Positions 26,913 through 32,000 of a stretch of 32,000 nt of DNA are shown in pieces. The position numbers and the translations under genes were made by a program. Within the stretch, counting starts at the first letter, position 1; every line of letters begins with the position of its first letter. The DNA comes from Candidatus Midichloria mitochondrii IricVA (lineage in GTDB: Bacteria; Pseudomonadota; Alphaproteobacteria; Rickettsiales; Midichloriaceae). The notes under the pieces are model-generated. The model was not told the origin of the DNA and did not search any database. It saw nothing but the letters and a program-made list of their open reading frames with translations. The stretch covers positions 510,001-542,000 of the forward strand of contig NC_015722.1 in assembly GCF_000219355.1 (NCBI RefSeq), read 5' to 3'.

Positions 26913-27914
26913 TTATTTGTTAGGTATCCCTTTGGTTGTTGAGTATTCAAAGTGCACTTCAGCTCCATTATTAACAATAGAATAGACGCTATGGCACGCA
27001 AGAGCGGCTTCTGCAAACCCGGTTAGTATTAATTTTAGTTTCCCAGGGTAATTTATTATATCTCCAACTGCAAAAACACCTTTTATATTGGTTTGCATAG
27101 TGCTTGGATCAACTCTTATATGCTTATCTTCTATCTCTATTCCCCAATCTGATATTGGCCCTACATTCATCGAGAGGCCAAAAAAAGGCAAAAGATAATC
27201 CGCTTCTATTAGTTTGGTATTATTGTCAAAGTCTATTACTTCTACGGTGTCTAGTCTTCCATTTTGTCCATGGATTTTATGTAATTGATATGGAATAACT
27301 AGTTCCATCTTTCCTTCTTCAACTTGGGTATAAATTCTTTTCATACTTTCTGGAGTTGCTTTGAATTTATTACGTCTATGAACCAGATATATTTTTGAAG
27401 CGATTTCGGAAAGAGATAAGCTCCAATCTATTGCTGAGTCCCCACCTCCAGCTATTACTATTTTTTTATCCTGAAATATTTCCTGTTTAGTGACACTATA
27501 AAAAACGCTCTTGTTTTCAAATTCTAAAATATTTTCTATCGCAGGCCTGTTTGGACCAAATGACCCGCCACCTGCTGCAATTATTATAGTTCTGCCCTCT
27601 ATTTTATTATTAGCGGCAGTAGTTACGGTAAAATTTTGATCTTCATTTTGGTGGATTGATAGAGCTTGCTGATCTAAGAAAAATATAGGTTTAAATGGCT
27701 CTATTTGTCTATAAAGTTGATCAATTAATTCTTGCGCTAAAATTCGCGGATAGGCCGGTATGTCATATATTGGCTTTTCTGGATATAATGCATTACATTG
27801 TCCTCCAAGAGAGGGAAGAGCATCTATAACGGCGCAGCTGAGTCCCATCATTCCTGCTTGGAATATTGAAAAAAGTCCAGATGGCCCAGCTCCTATAATT
27901 ATTACATCAAACAT
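26913..27914 (-). CDS. Ferredoxin--NADP(+) reductase, thioredoxin-reductase-like (type 2)
   Basis: DVIIIGAGPSGLF, LGGQ...LYPEK.IYD and GGGDSA.DW are present, and the CxxC redox pair of true TrxB is absent. The C-terminal aromatic tail is typical of YumC-type FNR. Confidence 0.85.
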   Translation of the reverse strand: MFDVIIIGAGPSGLFSIFQAGMMGLSCAVIDALPSLGGQCNALYPEKPIYDIPAYPRILAQELIDQLYRQIEPFKPIFFLDQQALSIHQNEDQNFTVTTAANNKIEGRTIIIAAGGGSFGPNRPAIENILEFENKSVFYSVTKQEIFQDKKIVIAGGGDSAIDWSLSLSEIASKIYLVHRRNKFKATPESMKRIYTQVEEGKMELVIPYQLHKIHGQNGRLDTVEVIDFDNNTKLIEADYLLPFFGLSMNVGPISDWGIEIEDKHIRVDPSTMQTNIKGVFAVGDIINYPGKLKLILTGFAEAALACHSVYSIVNNGAEVHFEYSTTKGIPNK

Positions 27915-27948
27915 CTCATAGAAAAGTTAGTTTTATTAATGCTCGGGG

Positions 27949-27977
27949 ATTATAAGATTTTAAAGGGATCAATACAA
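27949..27977 (-). promoter_or_regulatory. Candidate promoter for the fnr-folD-yihY-recG string
   Basis: On the minus strand: TTGTAT, a 17-nt spacer, then TATAAT, with the -10 about 35 nt upstream of the 27914 ATG. Confidence 0.3.
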
Positions 27978-28002
27978 TATAATAAATAAATTAGGGGATA
28001 TT

Positions 28003-29445
28003 TTATTTGTTTTTGATAAGTAAATAATATTTTTTTGAATTATAAACTATATTCCAATTTTTTTTCTGGCTTTCACTTTCTTGTTTAAAAACCATTTCAT
28101 GTATAATAACTCCATCTACATTATGTTTTACAGCAGTTTCCAATACGCTTGTTTTTCTATTAATTATGTCCACAAATTCATTCAATATACTTTCATTAAA
28201 CGCAGTTCCTGCCCTTCCATCTATCAAGTGTTTTATTTTGCCGTTACCAAATAGAATTATGTATCCCCCTAAGTTATAGTTGTTAATAATTCTTGAGCCG
28301 GGGTAATTATCTGCCGTATATTGAATTAACTCCACTGGGACTCTATTTAGTCCTATCTTTTTATCATTTTTAGTAATAACTAAAAAAGCATGGATAGAAA
28401 TTGATACAATGATTAATAAAATACTGATTAAAGCTTTATGTGAATTTTTTAGTTTGATAGTAAATTTAGAAGTAGGAAGGGATCTGTCAACTATACCAGC
28501 TATAAATGGCGCTCCTGAAGTAGCTAAATTACTAAAATTTCTTACTGATAATAAAGAGGCAATTAAAAAAGCTAACCCAATAAGCCAATCACTGTTTTTT
28601 ATTCTAAGTTCTGTGTAATGAGTATGAAAGGCGCAGCCAGCCATTATTAACACTAAAAATAACATACTAAAAGAATAGGATTGGCCGAAAAAGAAGGGGC
28701 GCCATTCGTTGATATAATCTATAACCACGCTATTTAAGGTTCTAAGTGAGCCGATGTATATTTTATAACTTATTGGATTTACAAGAGTAGTTAATGAGCA
28801 TATTACCGAGATTTTAATGATTTTTTTTATGGCAACTTTATTCTTTTCGTATACAGCAATAGCCATAAATACTGCTAATAAAGCATAGAGAATAAGGAAT
28901 CCGCCGTGACTATTTGTCCAAATTAGAGTGGCAAAAGGCAATTTGTTTAGAGCTTTTTCATCATTTAGGTAACAAAAATTATGTAACTTGTTCATGAAGA
29001 AGGTTATCATAACACAAGATGTTAGCTGCGGCCTTAGGCAGCCTATTTCGATGAATAGCAAGGATGTTAATGCTAAGCTTATCATTGTAGCATCATGAGA
29101 AATGGGATACTTTCTTGATACCAGGCTTTGATAGCAATACGTACAGATTAGTGATAGAAAAACCGTGAGTAATATTGATAAGCCGTGAAACCCTACCAAC
29201 TGATTAAGAAAAGAGCATAACATATCCCAAAGCCAAGAAATATTATACCATTGCTGCTCAAGTCCTACATACGACCAGGGATCATAAAAAGGAATACTTT
29301 TTGATTTTATAATATAATCACCGGCAGCTATATGCCAAGCAACATCCGGATCCAAAAATAGTGGAGGAGATGAAAGAGTAAATGAAAAAAATGCTATGGA
29401 GAAAAGTAGTAAATTATTACGGTAATTTATATTAGTTTTGTTCAT
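28003..29445 (-). CDS. Polytopic membrane protein with a C-terminal periplasmic domain, GT-C-like (putative lipid-linked glycosyl or other transferase)
   Basis: 480 aa with about 11-12 TM segments. An acidic motif lies in the first extracytoplasmic loop (LDPDVAWHIAAGDY...FYDPWSY). The soluble tail of about 100 aa contains GGYIILFGNGKIKHLIDGRAG. The architecture resembles ArnT/PMT/O-antigen-polymerase-like enzymes; there is no specific family call. Confidence 0.45.
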   Translation of the reverse strand: MNKTNINYRNNLLLFSIAFFSFTLSSPPLFLDPDVAWHIAAGDYIIKSKSIPFYDPWSYVGLEQQWYNISWLWDMLCSFLNQLVGFHGLSILLTVFLSLICTYCYQSLVSRKYPISHDATMISLALTSLLFIEIGCLRPQLTSCVMITFFMNKLHNFCYLNDEKALNKLPFATLIWTNSHGGFLILYALLAVFMAIAVYEKNKVAIKKIIKISVICSLTTLVNPISYKIYIGSLRTLNSVVIDYINEWRPFFFGQSYSFSMLFLVLIMAGCAFHTHYTELRIKNSDWLIGLAFLIASLLSVRNFSNLATSGAPFIAGIVDRSLPTSKFTIKLKNSHKALISILLIIVSISIHAFLVITKNDKKIGLNRVPVELIQYTADNYPGSRIINNYNLGGYIILFGNGKIKHLIDGRAGTAFNESILNEFVDIINRKTSVLETAVKHNVDGVIIHEMVFKQESESQKKNWNIVYNSKKYYLLIKNK

Positions 29446-29455
29446 TAAACAGCTT

Positions 29456-29641
29456 TCATTGTATTCTTTTTTCTATAGCTTTCCCAACCGCAAACCTTTG
29501 TTGCTCCTCAGTCATATCATCCCATTTTTCATAATTCGGTTCTTTATTACAATCTTCCCCATCGCAGTCAATGGAATTTGCTGAAAACATAAAGTTAGAA
29601 TAGTATATTAAAGCTGTTGTAACAATCAGTATTATTCCCAT
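29456..29641 (-). CDS. Small membrane-anchored protein with a CDGEDC motif
   Basis: 61 aa: an N-terminal hydrophobic anchor followed by the acidic tail SIDCDGEDCNKEPNYEKWDDMTEEQQRF. It is 5 nt and 10 nt from its flanking genes, so it is operonic. Confidence 0.5.
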   Translation of the reverse strand: MGIILIVTTALIYYSNFMFSANSIDCDGEDCNKEPNYEKWDDMTEEQQRFAVGKAIEKRIQ

Positions 29642-29646
29642 AGGAG

Positions 29647-30300
29647 TTAATAATTCTTATAATTAGTTTTTCCTTCTATTATAATTTTAAATTCATAAAT
29701 AGGGGCTCCCTCATTATTTGGGCAATTTTTGCATTTTGCAATTAAAAGATTTTTTTCCTGTGCGGTTAAGTTTTTTAGTTCCGCGTCATTGTTCTGATTT
29801 TTTGGAAAGAGCATAATTGTCTCAAAGTTTATGATATCAGGGTGTGAAATATGAAAATAAACTCTTGGACTCTCATTTGGCTCCGGAGCTGGCATTATAG
29901 TATGGAAACTAAAATGTCCTAAATTATCAGAGATATTGGAGCCAGTATATTTGGTTTTATCCGTACGAGAAGATGGTTTACCAAGATTTTTTTGCCAAAT
30001 TTTGACATTTGCTCCAGTTATCGGGACACAATTTTGATCGAGAATAGTTCCAGAAATTATAATACTTTGGCCTTGTGCAAATACTGAAGATCCAGTTTGC
30101 TTTCTTAATTCTGAGGTAGTTGCAAATTTTGTTGGCGCTTCTAAAGACCAAATTTGCGGAGTGATGATACAGTCTTTAATTAAAATGCTATCTTGGATAT
30201 TATCGACAGCAAAGCTTTCGATTAATATAAGCTTTACTATAAGGATTAAATAACTCACCCCGGTGATTATTTTCATAATAAATTTTCCAAATATAACCAA
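29647..30300 (-). CDS. Secreted intradiol-dioxygenase-fold (protocatechuate dioxygenase beta-like) protein
   Basis: A signal peptide (MKIITGVSYLILIVKLILIESFA, possibly starting at 30276). Blocks then match the Dioxygenase_C core: ISGTILDQNCVPITGANVKIWQKN, SDNLGHFSFHTIMPAP and PRVYFHISHPD...ETIMLFP. Confidence 0.6.
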   Translation of the reverse strand: MVIFGKFIMKIITGVSYLILIVKLILIESFAVDNIQDSILIKDCIITPQIWSLEAPTKFATTSELRKQTGSSVFAQGQSIIISGTILDQNCVPITGANVKIWQKNLGKPSSRTDKTKYTGSNISDNLGHFSFHTIMPAPEPNESPRVYFHISHPDIINFETIMLFPKNQNNDAELKNLTAQEKNLLIAKCKNCPNNEGAPIYEFKIIIEGKTNYKNY

Positions 30301-30343
30301 AATGATAATATTAATTATCTAAACATGTAATTGAATTTATGAT

Positions 30344-30859
30344 ATGAGCAATGAAAACCGAAATCAAGCTTCTTATGCGATTAAAGAATGCTACAATATT
30401 ATCTCTGATATTGTAAATAAGAATAAAAAAGTTTCCGAAGAAGATAGCGGTGGCTTGAAAATGGTTTTGATGAGGTTACTGGAGCACTTAATCACTACAA
30501 AGGGTAACCTAGAGCTAGATAAGTTGATTAAGATAATACTAGCCCTTTTGAAAATGAAGAAAAACTCCATGAAGAAGGAGGAGGAACTCTCGGAAGAGGA
30601 GCTAAAAACTCAGACCAGATTTGTTATATATGAAATATATAAAATGCTAAATCCAAGCCGCATAGCAGGTGAAACTGAGATACAGAATTTTATAGATAAT
30701 GTGATGATTAGGGGAGTAGAAGCTGCACTTTACTATGATAGAAGAAATATAAGTAGAGGGTTTAGCAAAGAAGAATTGAAGATTTTAGGGCAGCGTTCAA
30801 AGACTGCTTTAAGGCGCATAGATGCGTTTGGCTCTAGAGGTTGGGGAAAAGGAATGTAA
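30344..30859 (+). CDS. Hypothetical protein (171 aa, predicted helical, Lys/Glu-rich)
   Basis: An intact ORF divergent from the dioxygenase-like operon, with only 43 nt between the annotated starts. No signal peptide and no recognisable domain. Confidence 0.5.
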   Translation: MSNENRNQASYAIKECYNIISDIVNKNKKVSEEDSGGLKMVLMRLLEHLITTKGNLELDKLIKIILALLKMKKNSMKKEEELSEEELKTQTRFVIYEIYKMLNPSRIAGETEIQNFIDNVMIRGVEAALYYDRRNISRGFSKEELKILGQRSKTALRRIDAFGSRGWGKGM

Positions 30860-30977
30860 AGAGGTTTTCTAAAAAAACTTGCTAAACATTAAACGTAACC
30901 CTTTATTTAAAAGATTTATTTATGGGAAATGCTATTATTAATATATATATGAAGGTGTATAAATTAGGCTTCATTTT

Positions 30978-32000
30978 ATGTTACAGGCTAAAAATTCAAG
31001 AACTGCATTAACAAAGCAGGATTTATCAATTCTAATCGGCAATAGCTTGGATCATTTTGATACTGCAATTTATAGTTTTATAGCGCCAGTTATTTCGGAA
31101 ATTTTTTTTCCTAACTATGATCCTATAGTGAGCTTAATCCTAACCTATAGTGTATTTGCGAGCTCTCTGTTTACGAGACCCATAGGGTCTATAGTTTTTA
31201 GTGTAGTTGCCAGAAATAAGGGAGCAGCTCTTGCCTTATCCTATTCATTAATAGGGTTGTCGATAACTACTATTGCAATTGGATTTATACCAACTTATGC
31301 AGTGCTTGGTTGCTTTGCTCCTTTTATTCTCACCATTTTTAGGATGCTACAAGGAATATTTGCAGAAGGAGAGAAAGCTATAGCGAAGTTATATATTCTA
31401 GAAAATAAATTACATGTACAAGCTGTTAAAGCTTCTACGCTTTATCAATTTTCAAGTATGGTAGGGATTATTTTGGCTTCTTTTGCGGGTACGTTATTGA
31501 TTAATTACAATTATAGCAATTACTGGCGCCTATGTTTTATCCTAGGAGGAGGCAGCGGCATTATAGGATATAATCTTAGAAAGTATGTCTATAGAGTAGA
31601 GATGGATCAGGTGAAACCACTATATTATGAGATAAGGTTAGTAAGGGATAATAAGTTGAAAATCTTCAGTGTTGCGGTAGTAAGCTGTTTTTCTTATGTA
31701 ACCTATTCTATAGTTTTTATAGTAATGAATAATTTTGTTCCAGGCATTACTTCTATCTCTTTGGAGCTAATGATGAGCTATAATATAATATTGTTAGTAG
31801 TAGACGCTGGTATGTTGTTATTAATAGGGTACCTTATAAGAGAATATAACTCTACTAGAGTCATGATGATCTCGACCGCTGTGTTATTTATTACTATAGT
31901 GCCATTATGGAGAAACATAGATGGCAGTGGTTTATGGTATGTGAATTTTGTTCGTTTATGGATTATTACCATAGGGGTCTTCTTCACTTGCTCTATTAAT
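30978..32000 (+). CDS. MFS transporter, ProP-like paralog (3' end beyond the window)
   Basis: Open from the ATG at 30978 to the window edge (341 codons). It is not in the track because no stop is reached. LDHFDTAIYSFIAPVISEIFFP, TRPIGSIVFS and FRMLQGIFAEGE follow the ProP/metabolite:H+ symporter pattern (E.YDF..Y, RP.G...FG, R..QG.S.GGE), but with degenerate signature residues. Confidence 0.7.
   Translation, partial: MLQAKNSRTALTKQDLSILIGNSLDHFDTAIYSFIAPVISEIFFPNYDPIVSLILTYSVFASSLFTRPIGSIVFSVVARNKGAALALSYSLIGLSITTIAIGFIPTYAVLGCFAPFILTIFRMLQGIFAEGEKAIAKLYILENKLHVQAVKASTLYQFSSMVGIILASFAGTLLINYNYSNYWRLCFILGGGSGIIGYNLRKYVYRVEMDQVKPLYYEIRLVRDNKLKIFSVAVVSCFSYVTYSIVFIVMNNFVPGITSISLELMMSYNIILLVVDAGMLLLIGYLIREYNSTRVMMISTAVLFITIVPLWRNIDGSGLWYVNFVRLWIITIGVFFTCSIN

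Noticed and set aside
26906-27016. N-terminal extension of folD (track start 27016), which overlaps the upstream reductase gene by about 100 nt
   Set aside because: The FolD homology begins at MQNCEIIDGK (26905), right after the upstream stop. The extension is a hydrophobic read-through of the neighbour's 3' end.
1-32000. Search for CRISPR arrays, rRNA, integrase- or phage-like genes, toxin-antitoxin pairs and known defence-system signatures
   Set aside because: No regularly spaced repeats, rRNA-like sequence, recombinase other than the IS transposase remnants, or recognisable defence or TA proteins were seen.

Overview
AT-rich bacterial window. The gene content (ccmE, gatC, an alphaproteobacterial-type IHF-beta, a type-2 ferredoxin-NADP reductase, ProP-like MFS paralogs) and the heavy IS and pseudogene load suggest a host-restricted alphaproteobacterial endosymbiont; this is inference. 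Intact housekeeping genes are the PBP1A 3' end, ccmE, a DMT permease, trmD-rplS, a GNAT, a polar amino-acid ABC permease and ATPase, tRNA-Arg, an OmpR-type regulator, gatC, a DAACS symporter, tRNA-Tyr/tRNA-Gly/tuf/tRNA-Trp, rpmI-rplT, ihfB, and an fnr-folD-yihY-recG string. Between them lie decayed mobile DNA and pseudogenes. The mobile DNA comprises four IS1-family copies or fragments, two IS982-family pieces nested head-to-head in one of them, and an IS5-family remnant. The pseudogenes are thiE-thiM-thiL, a sodium:solute symporter, a flavin amine oxidase, an FG-GAP repeat protein and a secreted hypothetical protein. The best non-ORF signal is a recognisable TPP (THI-box) riboswitch on the minus strand at about 16770-16850, still sitting in front of the dead thi operon. 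Candidate uncharacterised systems are (i) a tight minus-strand operon of a secreted intradiol-dioxygenase-fold protein, a small Cys-containing anchored protein and a 480-aa GT-C-like polytopic membrane protein, with a divergent orphan gene (28003-30859), and (ii) an ABC importer whose binding-protein position holds an unrelated 378-aa membrane-anchored protein. No CRISPR array, rRNA or prophage was seen.
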